IMG/VR virus record: IMGVR_UViG_3300025121_000017
Length of the DNA: 64,000 bases
DNA from: an uncultured virus (IMG/VR IMGVR_UViG_3300025121_000017)
Lineage: Duplodnaviria; Heunggongvirae; Uroviricota; Caudoviricetes
Direction: 5' to 3' (one strand)
This document shows, piece by piece, positions 1 to 9,550 of this stretch. The notes under the pieces were generated by a model. It was not told where the DNA came from. It saw nothing but the letters and a program-made list of their open reading frames with translations, and did not search any database. Position 1 is the first letter of the stretch; each line of letters begins with the position of its first letter. Both the position numbers and the translations under genes were made by a program.

Positions 1-87
1 GGGGGGGGGGGGGGTGCTGCGGGCTGTCCGTGAGGCACGGTCTCCCGCAGCGGTAACGCTGCAATTGGATGTCGAGGAGACCACGCG

Positions 88-936
88 ATGACATTCCGCC
101 CCGGACACGTCCGCCTCGCTGAGTTCAGCGACCACGTCCGCACTATCGAGCGCGAACTCGCCGCCCTTCTCGCGCTCAAGGACGATGAGCCGAAAGGCAT
201 CGCGCCGACTGATACCTGGCTCGCCTATGGACGTCGCGTCAAGGAGGCGTACGGGGACGCTCCCGCCATGCGTGCCAGGGAAGACGCGTTGCGGCTCGAG
301 GCGCGGATGCTGGGCCTAACTGAGCTCAGCGGCTTCGACCTCGATCGCTGGTGTCGTGGCCAGGAGCTGAGTGCGAGCGGGCTCAGAAACGCGCATGCGG
401 CTGCTGTCCGGGAGGCCTGCGTGGACGCGGGCGAGTACCCGCCAGATGAGGTGCTCCAGGAAGCTGCGCCCCGCGTGTGGCGGGAAGTCTGCGAGCGGCG
501 TGAGGCGCAAGCCAGGCTCGAGGAGAGGCGAGGGCGCGCGAAGGTGATGGTTGCCCTACGCGCTAAGCTCCAGACGGAACTGGACAGCGGTCTCTGGCTC
601 TGGGGACGAGAAGACGCTACCTTGCGCATCAGCATGGCAGGCGCGCTCGTCCCGCTGGAGTCGCGCGTCAGAAGCCTGGCCACGGGGCTGGGAGTCGCGC
701 GTCCGGATGCTCGAGGAGCCGGGGTGTTTCATCTGGCGTCCGGACTCGTCATGTGCCGGCTCAGCCTCCTGGACGCGCGGTGCGTGGTCCTCGCCCTGGC
801 GAAGTTTCATCCCGAGCTGGACTGGAGGCGAACGGAGGTAGAAGTTCGGGGCGACGGGCGGTTTAAGTCCGCCCTGCGTCTCTGGGTAGATTTGTTTCAA
901 GACGGCGCCTGGCACGAAGAGTACCGGGCTTTTTAA
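88..936 (+). CDS. hypothetical protein
   Basis: 282-aa ORF with GAGGAG RBS; no family recognised. Confidence 0.7.
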   Translation: MTFRPGHVRLAEFSDHVRTIERELAALLALKDDEPKGIAPTDTWLAYGRRVKEAYGDAPAMRAREDALRLEARMLGLTELSGFDLDRWCRGQELSASGLRNAHAAAVREACVDAGEYPPDEVLQEAAPRVWREVCERREAQARLEERRGRAKVMVALRAKLQTELDSGLWLWGREDATLRISMAGALVPLESRVRSLATGLGVARPDARGAGVFHLASGLVMCRLSLLDARCVVLALAKFHPELDWRRTEVEVRGDGRFKSALRLWVDLFQDGAWHEEYRAF

Positions 937-963
937 AACGTTCCTTGGGAAGGACTCGATCGC

Positions 964-2703
964 ATGTCAAAACTCATCTGTTCGCTCACCGGGGTCGTTA
1001 CCCCCGACACTCTCGTCCTGGAGCTGACACCCGGCTATCAGGAGCTATCCGCGGCATACGGGCTCGGCAAGTCCCGCACGATCGAGGCCGTACGGGAGGC
1101 CTGCACCGAAGTCAAGAAGTACAGCACCACGCTGAGCTGGGATCTGGCGACTGACGCAGAACCCGCGGTCGCCGGCCTCAAGAAAAAGACCGTCGCACAG
1201 ACCGGTAGCGTCACGGTGCCCGGTGTCGATGGCGCGGACGCAGGCCTGAGCCTGACGCCTACCAGCGTGAGGCGCAAGAAGGGCGCGCCGAACGTTCGAC
1301 TGCTCAACGAGAGCCACTTCGTCGGACTCTGGCGTCCGGGGAAAGCCACGGAAGACGCCGCACGCCAGCAAGAGCTGGAGACGTTTGCCGCGATTACCGG
1401 CGTTCAGGCCAGCGCGACGGACCTGATCCCGGCAGAGCTATTGCCTTACGCGGCGATACCCGCGGCTGGGCTCATAACAGCCATGCAGAGCGAAGCGTCA
1501 AAGGCCTTGCATGCCGCGAAGCGGCAGAAGCTGGTCGACGTCGAAGCCCTGGACCGGAAGATCACGGTGTGCGCTGGGCAGGCAGACCCGGTTGACACGA
1601 CGGCTCCGCTCGACCTGAACGCGGCGGCGGCGCGCCGGGATGAGCTGGAAGCCGCGTTCGTGGAGCTGCGTGTTGCACGGGCTGCGCGAGAGGCCACCGA
1701 GGCGAGTCGCCGAGAGATGCGCGCACTCCACGCGGATGAGCCCCCGAGCCTGGACGCGGTCGACCAGGAGATCGTACGGGCTCGGGGGCGCGCAGAGCTG
1801 CTCGATGCGAGCGCTGCGCGCGTGAGGAAAGACGCGGGGGAGGATCCCAAGGTGGACGCGCTCCAGGAGGAGCACGCCGTCGCGGCAGATGCCGTGGCTG
1901 CCGGACTGGCGCAGATCGAAGACATGCGCCGCGAGCTCGCCAAGCTTGAAGGGCAGCAGGTGGAGCGTGAGAAGCAGCGTGACGCCTGCAAGACACGCCT
2001 GGACGCTGCGCAGAAGCGAAACGCGGACTGGCTCGCTGCGATGGAGACCGCGCGCGAGGCCACAGCTGAAGCCGAGCGGCTCCGGACTGGACTGCCGTCC
2101 CTGGAGCAGCAGCGCGCTGACATCGAGCGCCAGCGCCGAGAGTGGCAGGACCGCGAAGACAAGCTGAAGTCCGATGTCCAGGGTCCCACGTCCGAAGAGA
2201 TGGACGCTGCGAAGCAAGAGCTGGACCAGGCGCAGGAGGACGCGAAGCTCGCCAAGCGCCAGCTGCTCGAGCGGGAGCGCGCCACGGAAGAGGCTACGCT
2301 GCGCCTGCAGCGAGAGAAAGCCCAGGCCCTGGCGGACCAGCTCGAGGAAGCCGCAACGTCCGGGTTGCAGGACCGGGTCCAGGCTGTGCTCGAGAAAGCG
2401 AGCATCAAGGGGTGGAGCATTCAGGGCGGCGTTTTGTGCGCGCTGAGTCCGCGAAGGAAGTCTATGGTGGTGTTCCACCTGCTCAGCTCGTCCGAGAAAG
2501 CCGTCAAGACTCTCGAGCTCATGCTCGCTCACCGACAAGAGACTGACAAGGGCTATACCGCGCTTTTCCTCCCGCAGGAAGTGGGCGACGGGATGATCGC
2601 GGAGCAGAAGCGGGAAGTCTCCGCGTGGGCGCGTGGGGCGAACGTGCATATCTTGAGCGCGTCCGCGGCGGAGAATGACGCGTTGACGCTGGTCCAGTAT
2701 TAA
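964..2703 (+). CDS. SbcC/Rad50/SMC-like coiled-coil ATPase, degenerate motifs
   Basis: Walker A-like AAYGLGKS near N-terminus, long central coiled coil, signature-like LLSSSEK near C-terminus. Confidence 0.5.
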   Translation: MSKLICSLTGVVTPDTLVLELTPGYQELSAAYGLGKSRTIEAVREACTEVKKYSTTLSWDLATDAEPAVAGLKKKTVAQTGSVTVPGVDGADAGLSLTPTSVRRKKGAPNVRLLNESHFVGLWRPGKATEDAARQQELETFAAITGVQASATDLIPAELLPYAAIPAAGLITAMQSEASKALHAAKRQKLVDVEALDRKITVCAGQADPVDTTAPLDLNAAAARRDELEAAFVELRVARAAREATEASRREMRALHADEPPSLDAVDQEIVRARGRAELLDASAARVRKDAGEDPKVDALQEEHAVAADAVAAGLAQIEDMRRELAKLEGQQVEREKQRDACKTRLDAAQKRNADWLAAMETAREATAEAERLRTGLPSLEQQRADIERQRREWQDREDKLKSDVQGPTSEEMDAAKQELDQAQEDAKLAKRQLLERERATEEATLRLQREKAQALADQLEEAATSGLQDRVQAVLEKASIKGWSIQGGVLCALSPRRKSMVVFHLLSSSEKAVKTLELMLAHRQETDKGYTALFLPQEVGDGMIAEQKREVSAWARGANVHILSASAAENDALTLVQY

Positions 2704-2728
2704 TCTCTTCGTTGCGAAGGAACACATC

Positions 2729-3226
2729 ATGTCCAACCGTCTGAACCCCCAGGATCACCCGTCCGGCACACGATTCGTCCACTGTACCGTGATGTCCACA
2801 CGCACGCTGCTCGAGGCTACCGTGGTCGAGTGGAGCCCAGCAGGACTGGTCTGCATCCGGCGTCCGCACAGCTCACTACCGCAGTGGTTGGCGGATACCG
2901 ATCGCGATCTGATGGATGTGGTCGAAATCCTCCCGCCCAGTACGCAGAAGGCTGCTCCTGTGGATGACGGAATGACTCCGGACATGCCCGTCATCCAGAC
3001 ACTCTCTCAGCTGCTCAGAGTATGCGACGTGGCGGTGCATGTGAGTGTAGTCGACGACGTGCTCTTTGCGCGGCTACCTGTCAGCTTCCCGTCCAGTATG
3101 CAGGGCATGCTTATCGGACGTGTGCCTCCTGGCGCCGACGTGCACGCCCACGTCGAGCAGCTGAATGCCGCGCTGGCCCGGCTGCGCAGTGGGCGCGAAG
3201 CGATCGGGCGGGACAATGCCAGGTAA
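2729..3226 (+). CDS. hypothetical protein
   Basis: AAGGA RBS; tiles with neighbouring genes. Confidence 0.65.
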   Translation: MSNRLNPQDHPSGTRFVHCTVMSTRTLLEATVVEWSPAGLVCIRRPHSSLPQWLADTDRDLMDVVEILPPSTQKAAPVDDGMTPDMPVIQTLSQLLRVCDVAVHVSVVDDVLFARLPVSFPSSMQGMLIGRVPPGADVHAHVEQLNAALARLRSGREAIGRDNAR

Positions 3227-3443
3227 GATCCGCCTCATCCCGCCCGGCGAGCGCTACGGTTACCTGACGGCTGTCGAGTGCGTCGGGTCCGACATCCGCG
3301 TCCGGTGTGACTGCGGTGCTCGGAAGTTGTTGAAGAAGGGCGTCTGGGGTAAGCAGGTGAGGTGTGGGCATGGATGCCCGCTACCCATTGAGCAACAGGA
3401 GGGTTGTCGTGAGCTTGATCCGATACGGCACGGATGTGCCTGA
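3216..3443 (+). CDS. small Cys-rich protein resembling the N-terminal CDCG domain of phage HNH/AP2 proteins
   Basis: GERYGYLT...RCDCG...RCG motif. Confidence 0.5.
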   Translation: MPGKIRLIPPGERYGYLTAVECVGSDIRVRCDCGARKLLKKGVWGKQVRCGHGCPLPIEQQEGCRELDPIRHGCA

Positions 3444-3553
3444 GTGGCTGGGGTATTGTCTTCGAGCTGCTGTCCGGCACAGCGTGGCTGGGGCGCTTGA
3501 GGATGCGCGGTTCTATATGTCCCAATTCGCCCGCTGGGCGTGAAGGAAGCAAG

Positions 3554-3814
3554 ATGCATATTACGGCATTCGAGGAGGCGTCTCGACGCGAAGTCTGCAA
3601 GCTACAAGAGGAGACGGCCAAGGCGGAATACCTCGCAGCCACGCGCCGAGCTCGCTGGGCTGTCCTGCTGGGACTGAACCCGGAGCGGGACGCCGTCACT
3701 CAGCGCTGGTGCGTGGAGGCAGGGGACGTCCGGGGGTACGGCAGCACGCCTGAGGAGGCGATCGAGGCATTCGACGCAGCGATGTGCAGTCCGGGGGCAC
3801 AATGCACGCCGTAG
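3554..3814 (+). CDS. hypothetical protein
   Basis: AAGGA RBS before ATG 3554. Confidence 0.55.
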   Translation: MHITAFEEASRREVCKLQEETAKAEYLAATRRARWAVLLGLNPERDAVTQRWCVEAGDVRGYGSTPEEAIEAFDAAMCSPGAQCTP

Positions 3815-3920
3815 CCGAGCGCGACATGCCACGCCTCGAGCGTGACATCCAGCTTGCGAATGTCCGCGAATACCTGGCGTGCCTCGAGCGGCAGGCTGCA
3901 GTTACACCCGAGGTGTCTAC

Positions 3921-4385
3921 ATGGAACCCTGTTTCTTCTGCGGAAAGCTGCCAGACGCGCCCCTCTTCGAGCGCGAGCTGGAGAATACCCCGGTCCAATC
4001 CATAGGATCGGGCGTATCGCGCTACATCTGGGGACATCCGGCGTACCGCGCGCAGGTTGAGTGTCTGCACGTGACGGGCTTCGGAACGCATCAGGTGCAG
4101 GGATCTGTGCGTGCAGGGCGGACGGCGGAAGAGGCGATTGAGCTTGCTGTGCAGTCCTGGGACGAGGAGCAGCGAGAGAGGCGGGCGAAGCGGATGAGCT
4201 ACATTGCGGCGGAGAAGGTGCGGCTGCAAGGAGAGATCGCGGTGATAGAGGCGAGTGCGCACTGGATGCTTGACGTGTACAGCGCGCTTAGGCTACGGAA
4301 TGCCGCGCTTAGGCGGTTGTGCGAAGAGGAAGTGAGGCTGAAGGATCGATCTCACGGTTGCCCTGGCTTAGATCCGTCCAGCTAG
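3921..4385 (+). CDS. hypothetical CxxC protein
   Basis: GAGGT RBS; starts MEPCFFCG. Confidence 0.55.
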   Translation: MEPCFFCGKLPDAPLFERELENTPVQSIGSGVSRYIWGHPAYRAQVECLHVTGFGTHQVQGSVRAGRTAEEAIELAVQSWDEEQRERRAKRMSYIAAEKVRLQGEIAVIEASAHWMLDVYSALRLRNAALRRLCEEEVRLKDRSHGCPGLDPSS

Positions 4386-4536
4386 GCATTCGCCTCACCA
4401 GCTCGACCCCACCATCGTCCGCGCCACCTGAGTCTCCTCCCGCTGCACCAGCGCCCCCGCCCCACACGTAATGTCGATCGACATGAGAACCGCACTGAGC
4501 AGTACCAACAGCAGAGGGGTCCACCGCGACTGAACA

Positions 4537-4926
4537 CTACCCGCCTGTCCGGCGAGCACCGCCGCGTCCAGCTCCTCCACCTCCACCGGGTCGTCCGGGT
4601 CCAGGTAGGCCAACATCTTGGCGCGCATCGCGGCGCGCCTCATCCTCGCGGCGCTTGCGGAGGACTTCACGCGCGAGCTCTGTGTCGGCCTCGTGCTGGC
4701 GGGCTCTGGCACGAGCGACTTCAGTTCCGGCGCGAAACCGGTCAAGGACGGCGTCCCAGCCGGAGCCAAGGGCGGAGCTGATTCGCTCGACTCGGGTAAG
4801 GATGATGCCGACGAAGATCGCGACGGCGGGTCCCCATTCACGGGCGAGAGCGGCGAGATCTGGTTGGGTTGATGGCTCCACGGCGTCCTCAGCTGCTGCA
4901 GTTTCATTTTGGTCTGCCCCTCGCAT
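4537..4926 (-). CDS. putative membrane protein (holin-like?)
   Basis: One hydrophobic segment (PAVAIFVGIILT) then a charged tail; start uncertain. Confidence 0.35.
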   Translation of the reverse strand: MRGADQNETAAAEDAVEPSTQPDLAALAREWGPAVAIFVGIILTRVERISSALGSGWDAVLDRFRAGTEVARARARQHEADTELAREVLRKRREDEARRDARQDVGLPGPGRPGGGGGAGRGGARRTGG

Positions 4927-4994
4927 CGGATCGCTGAATTAAGCATAGCACCATTAGACGAATTGTCCAGACAGATGTGTCCGGACGGATAAAA

Positions 4995-5432
4995 CTATTT
5001 GTTACCGGCAGGGCACAGGTTGTTTTGCCAACACGGCCCTCCACGCTCGGGCACTCGCATATAAGCCACCACCTGCCCCGGATGCCACGCCAACCGCCCG
5101 ACGCGGTCGCTGAGCGGGCCTGCGCCGCTGAGCACGTCCAGACGCCCGCCAGGGAGCACGCTGACCACGAAGCCGACGTCGTCCGGCAGTGCAAGGCCTC
5201 CCGCTGCCCCTACACTCGACAGAAAGACCACGTCCCCGGGCTCAGGGTCCGAGACGAGCCAATCGGCGTTCCTGGCGGCAATCAGGCCGGCTGCTGAGTC
5301 CGTGAAGTCGAAGCCGTTGGGGAGAGGTTCGCCAGACTGCTCGAAGCAGAGGGAGACGAAGGCGGCGGAGCTGCGAGCGGGCTGAGATGCTGTGCGGAGC
5401 TGGGAGATGGCGATCTCGAGCGGGGTTGACAT
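4995..5432 (-). CDS. CHAP-fold protein lacking the catalytic Cys and His
   Basis: SSAAFVS (cf. WCAAFVS), PEPGDVVF, DDVGFV (cf. GHVGFV), VVAYMRVP. Confidence 0.55.
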   Translation of the reverse strand: MSTPLEIAISQLRTASQPARSSAAFVSLCFEQSGEPLPNGFDFTDSAAGLIAARNADWLVSDPEPGDVVFLSSVGAAGGLALPDDVGFVVSVLPGGRLDVLSGAGPLSDRVGRLAWHPGQVVAYMRVPERGGPCWQNNLCPAGNK

Positions 5433-5635
5433 GTGGGGATCCTGGGATGCGCCCGGAGAGGTGGCTGCGCGCGGGAGTGCGGCGGCGGGGTCCGGGTGAG
5501 CTTGTGAGGTGAGAATAGCTGAAGAGGTTGGTGGGTGTAAAGGGAGAAATGTGAGGAGCAGTGCGCGACTATGCGACGTTTCTCCAGAGTTGGTACCCCG
5601 GAGTGTCCCCAGGCGGAACAGAGGCGTTACGGGCT

Positions 5636-5733
5636 AGCGCCGATGGGGGGACTTTTGGGGGGACTTTTGGGGGGACTTTGCGAACGAGCGCCGATGGGGG
5701 GACTTTTGGGGGGACTTTTGGGGGGACTTTGCG
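5636..5733. repeat. 47-bp direct repeat x2 (period 51), each containing three GGGGGGACTTT(T) units; iteron-like
   Basis: Copies at 5636-5682 and 5687-5733 read directly from the sequence. Confidence 0.95.
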
Positions 5734-5998
5734 TGCAAGGCCATTCTCCCGCAAAACGATACTTTCCACCGTACTACAGCTAACATGTTGAAAAATCAGC
5801 AGATACTAGGAATTCGCACGTGCCGAAACTGGACTTTCTGTTGTAACATACCCCATTGCTGTACCTCAAGTCATCGCTTAAAATAGCGAAAATGGCACCT
5901 AATGCTCCTGAGTCATTTTGCCCAATTTACAGTAACACAGTAATATTTACCTCATTATTTAAGTATATATGTAATATTAGCCTCAAATAGGGGAATGA

Positions 5999-6106
5999 TG
6001 GGGGGAGTTGGGGGGACTTTTGTGTACTTTCCCGAATGTGTATGCAAGATTTTATTCTGTGTGTATACGTCCTGAAGTGGGGTAAAAGTCCCCCCAACTC
6101 CCCCCA
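5999..6106. repeat. perfect 23-bp inverted repeat of the same motif
   Basis: TGGGGGGAGTTGGGGGGACTTTT at 5999-6021 and its reverse complement at 6084-6106. Confidence 0.95.
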
Positions 6107-6206
6107 AGCACCCTAAAGCCTCCAAAAAAACACGTCCTCTCCGGACGAGAGTTGACCGCGGCGGGACGCCGGGCAGAGCGGGCACATAGGCGCGGGTGTG
6201 GGTAGG

Positions 6207-8081
6207 TTAGTATGGCGTCGTGGGGGTTTCGAGCTTCTTTATGGCGAGGGCGTTTTGCGCGTCAGCGACATCTGCCTGCAGCTTCGCCAATAGCGTCTCC
6301 AGCTCGGCGGCGCTCATACGCGTCAGATGCTCTGTGGAAGATTGGGGCGTAGAGGGTTGTGCTCCCTCCACGTGCTCGACTCTGTACATCGACTTGTTGG
6401 AGTGACCTGGTTTCTTGTGCAAACGATACTCGCCAATCGGCTGCACTCGGTTCACGTATTTCCTGAGAGCGTAGCCCGCGCGGATCGGGTCGATGCCGGT
6501 TAGCTTGTTGCTGCCGTCCCGGACCACTGTTTTCGGGTCGAGCTCGCGCAGCGCCTCCAGGAGAGGCTGGTGCTGTTGCGCCTCGATCGCTAGCTGCGCG
6601 AGGGGCACGGTCCGATCCGCTATGGCGGTGTGCCAGGCAGCCAGTACCGATGAGATGTTGACCTCGACGTCTTCTGCGTATTTCGCTAGGGCGACTTTGT
6701 TGGCCTCGAGGATGTCGGCTCCTCCCACCCACAAGATCGCCCTGCGCACGGCCCTGTCCCAGTCGTCGAAGCTGTCGAACGTGGACGGGTACCCCGTGCC
6801 GTCGGGCAGGCTGGCTTGTCCCTCAAGCAAGTACGCGCGCAATAAGGTGAGTGCGTCACGAAGGATGGGGCCTCGTACAGCGGGTGTGGCTAGGCGGGTG
6901 TACAGCGCGCGACTCTGGCCCTCTTCAGGTAGCTGCGCCTTGTCCGGTTGGTGCATCATCTCTACGGTCAGGAGTCTCCGCTCGAGTGTGGCTCCCTCTT
7001 TTACGCGGAAGTTGATGCCGGTCACAGTAAGGGCGATACCAGCCTTGTGCTCACCTGCGTGTTTGTTTTGGCCCATCTCTCGGATAGACCGCCCCTCGGC
7101 GGTGGTTAACGCAGCGAAGTCATCCCCGCCGAAGCCTCGCCCCGTTTCGGCTACATTGTCGACTAAAACCGAGCGCTTGCCCATCATGCACAACGCATCG
7201 ATATGCTTACTGAACTCCTCGCTGAATTTTTCGGAGTCTTCGCTGAGGCGCGGCGGGGACGCGATACGCCCGAAGGCGAGAACATGCGCCACCTGTGCGA
7301 ACGTTGTCTTTCCTGAGCACTTCTCGGTTGCAGTGACGGCAATGATAGGCGTCTGGAATTCCATCCCTGGGGCCGCGATGAAGCCCAATAACTGCGCCAG
7401 TTGAAGGTCTTTGGCGTACGGCTCGCACCTGGGAGAATGTCTGAACGTGGGCAGTGCGTCGCGTAGCCTGGCGTATGCGGCTACAGCGTCCTCTCGTGTA
7501 GCACCAACGTCTGCCAGGTGCGGTTCAATGTCCGGGAAGTGATGAAAGGTTTCGAGCCCCGCATCGTATCCTGAATGGAGGATGACGCGTCCTGCGCAGT
7601 CAATCGTCGGGTGCGCGACTATTTCCCGGAGCTCGCGTATGTCGGGCGTCGGGTGGGAGATTATCCGATCCAGGAGATCGTTAGGCGGGCCTATGGGGGC
7701 GAGAACGGTGTCTGTTGAGTCTGCGTTGATACGCGTGCCCGGCTTAAGCTCAAAGACTGTAACGGTCTCCGCGACGATGCCGCGCAAGATGGCTCGTGTT
7801 ACCGGACGAAACTTTGCATAGGTAGCCCCGCGTCGAAATTTATCTTTAGCGATGAATACTTCCACAAGCTCGGTGTCTCGCACGTACAGATCTGTGCGAC
7901 TCTTTAGGCGAGCTTGAACCTCTGCACTGGCTATGTCAACCGCAGAAGGTTTGTACGCGATCGACGCTTTGCCGCCCAAGAAACCTTGAGAGCGTTTTGC
8001 GTCTCGGATCTCAATTGCGCCGAACTGGTCGCGGACGGCGGAGAGATGGATAGCTGCCCCGGACTGTTGCTGTTTGGCCAC
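6207..8081 (-). CDS. P-loop NTPase, primase-associated replicative helicase-like
   Basis: Walker A TEKCSGKTT, Walker B VLVDNV, TGIN motif, LERR; GTG 8081 has a GAGG RBS at normal spacing whereas track start 8138 does not. Confidence 0.7.
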   Translation of the reverse strand: MAKQQQSGAAIHLSAVRDQFGAIEIRDAKRSQGFLGGKASIAYKPSAVDIASAEVQARLKSRTDLYVRDTELVEVFIAKDKFRRGATYAKFRPVTRAILRGIVAETVTVFELKPGTRINADSTDTVLAPIGPPNDLLDRIISHPTPDIRELREIVAHPTIDCAGRVILHSGYDAGLETFHHFPDIEPHLADVGATREDAVAAYARLRDALPTFRHSPRCEPYAKDLQLAQLLGFIAAPGMEFQTPIIAVTATEKCSGKTTFAQVAHVLAFGRIASPPRLSEDSEKFSEEFSKHIDALCMMGKRSVLVDNVAETGRGFGGDDFAALTTAEGRSIREMGQNKHAGEHKAGIALTVTGINFRVKEGATLERRLLTVEMMHQPDKAQLPEEGQSRALYTRLATPAVRGPILRDALTLLRAYLLEGQASLPDGTGYPSTFDSFDDWDRAVRRAILWVGGADILEANKVALAKYAEDVEVNISSVLAAWHTAIADRTVPLAQLAIEAQQHQPLLEALRELDPKTVVRDGSNKLTGIDPIRAGYALRKYVNRVQPIGEYRLHKKPGHSNKSMYRVEHVEGAQPSTPQSSTEHLTRMSAAELETLLAKLQADVADAQNALAIKKLETPTTPY

Positions 8082-8192
8082 TACTGTCCTCGATACTGGG
8101 TATGGTACAACGCGCCGCTGTGTTTGGGCGGCGCCCACGCCTCAGCTGGATAACGCCATCGAGTCGGCGGAGGTTCTGTGCGGAGAGTGGGC

Positions 8193-8221
8193 TTGACGGC
8201 GGAGACGAGCTGAGGTACATT
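8193..8221 (+). promoter_or_regulatory. sigma70-type promoter
   Basis: TTGACG-17-TACATT. Confidence 0.6.
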
Positions 8222-8227
8222 ACCAGG

Positions 8228-8303
8228 CAGGTCACGCACGTCGGCGCATTCGACGTCGGTCTTTCTAAGCCCGCCCGGCACCACCCGGGCGGGCTCTTCT
8301 TTC
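8228..8303 (+). ncRNA. candidate ~75-nt counter-transcribed RNA antisense to the helicase leader
   Basis: Lies between a consensus promoter and an intrinsic terminator; internal hairpin ACGTCG-GCGCATT-CGACGT. Confidence 0.5.
8268..8303 (+). terminator. intrinsic terminator
   Basis: AGCCCGCCCGG/CCGGGCGGGCT stem followed by CTTCTTT. Confidence 0.65.
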
Positions 8304-8387
8304 CCTCCACCTTACCTCCAACCCGCCAGCCCGTCAACCGGGAACAGCGCACTCGCGATAAAACTTCAGCTCACCGCTTATACTTGC

Positions 8388-8416
8388 TTGACGTTCCCCG
8401 CCGAGCACGCTATGCT
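8388..8416 (+). promoter_or_regulatory. sigma70-type promoter of the XRE operon
   Basis: TTGACG-17-TATGCT. Confidence 0.65.
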
Positions 8417-8448
8417 GCCAGCAGTTATGCTTAACAGGGAGAGCACGC

Positions 8449-8781
8449 ATGCGATATGGAGAGCTTTTGCGGCAGCGCAGGCAGCGCGCAGGCCAGACTC
8501 TGGCAGACGTTGCCGCCGTTGCGGGATTCACGATGGCCTATATCAGCGACATCGAGCGCAGCAATCGAGGTCCGCTCGAGGACAACGTCACCATTAGAAT
8601 CGCGGAGGCGCTGTCTGCGGACGCACTGGAGCTGCTTGCGGCTGCCGGGCAGGAGCGGGGACATTACCGCATTCCCGCTGGAGGTGAGTCGGCGCGCAAT
8701 GATGTGGCTGTGCTACTTGCGCGGAAGTGGATGACGCTTACGGCGGAGCAGGTGGAGCGTGTAAGGAGGGCGGTGAAGTGA
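8449..8781 (+). CDS. XRE-family HTH regulator
   Basis: LRQRRQRAGQTLADVA...YISDIER. Confidence 0.85.
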   Translation: MRYGELLRQRRQRAGQTLADVAAVAGFTMAYISDIERSNRGPLEDNVTIRIAEALSADALELLAAAGQERGHYRIPAGGESARNDVAVLLARKWMTLTAEQVERVRRAVK

Positions 8782-9509
8782 CTGATGCTCTGGAGCGCCG
8801 AATCGCTACACTGGAAGCTTCGCTGACAACGACCCGGGAGGAACTTGCTTACCTTCGGACACAGTGGCGTAGCCTGACATCCGGCGGCGTCTTCACGTAT
8901 GTGGCCCGAAGTGGGTGCGAGGTGAAGATAGGGCGGACAGGCAACCTGCATGCGCGGCTCCACAGTCTACGCACCGCTCGTCCGGATATCCAACTTGCCG
9001 TGGTAGCTTTTGCGGATGTAGAGGGTCTCCTGCACGCTCGCTTTTCGGCGCAGCGGACCGGGCGAGAGTGGTTCATAACTCCTGTTTGCGACGTGGTGGC
9101 TGCGCTTGACGCAATGCAGGTGGAGTACAGCATTGTAGAGACAAGCGTGCAAGGTGGACACTCTGCCGCTAACGAGGAGGACCCACTGCGGAATGCTGCA
9201 GCTCAGTTTGTCGCCAGCTGGTGGGAGACGTATGGCGGTACCCCAAAGACCATGCGCGCGGCGTTAGACTGCAATGGATGTATTTCGCTAGGGGCGTTCG
9301 ACACGATGCGGGATGCGGCTAAGGCGCTTGTGGAGCTGGGGTTTGGTCTGGCTGCGCCGCAGAAGAAGTTTAGTACATTTCGCCTCGTTACGATGCTGGA
9401 ACGCGTGCACTTACCCACGGGTGTTGCTGTACCGAAGGGACGTGTGTCTTTGCTCAAAACGGTCCGAAGACGTGGCAACGCTACATTGTGGCAGGCGGAG
9501 CTGCGGTAG
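8778..9509 (+). CDS. T5orf172/Mug113-like GIY-YIG domain protein
   Basis: YV...VKIGRT..LHARL..L...E.LLH..F...R.GREWF; GTG overlaps upstream stop. Confidence 0.75.
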   Translation: MTDALERRIATLEASLTTTREELAYLRTQWRSLTSGGVFTYVARSGCEVKIGRTGNLHARLHSLRTARPDIQLAVVAFADVEGLLHARFSAQRTGREWFITPVCDVVAALDAMQVEYSIVETSVQGGHSAANEEDPLRNAAAQFVASWWETYGGTPKTMRAALDCNGCISLGAFDTMRDAAKALVELGFGLAAPQKKFSTFRLVTMLERVHLPTGVAVPKGRVSLLKTVRRRGNATLWQAELR

Positions 9510-9550
9510 ATAGTACCCGGCGTCTGTGCCCTCAAAAAGGAGAATTCATC

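Larger units (their letters stand above)
5636..6130. other. putative replication origin
   Basis: Repeat clusters flank a strongly AT-rich stretch (~5780-5990), just downstream of a helicase-like gene. Confidence 0.6.

Noticed and set aside
1..14. Poly-G run at window start
   Set aside because: At the edge; may be a sequencing or assembly artefact and has no context
5561..5791. ORFs with KVPP/GGTF/GGLL repeats, and a possible CRISPR array
   Set aside because: They are translations of the DNA repeats; there are no unique spacers and no cas genes
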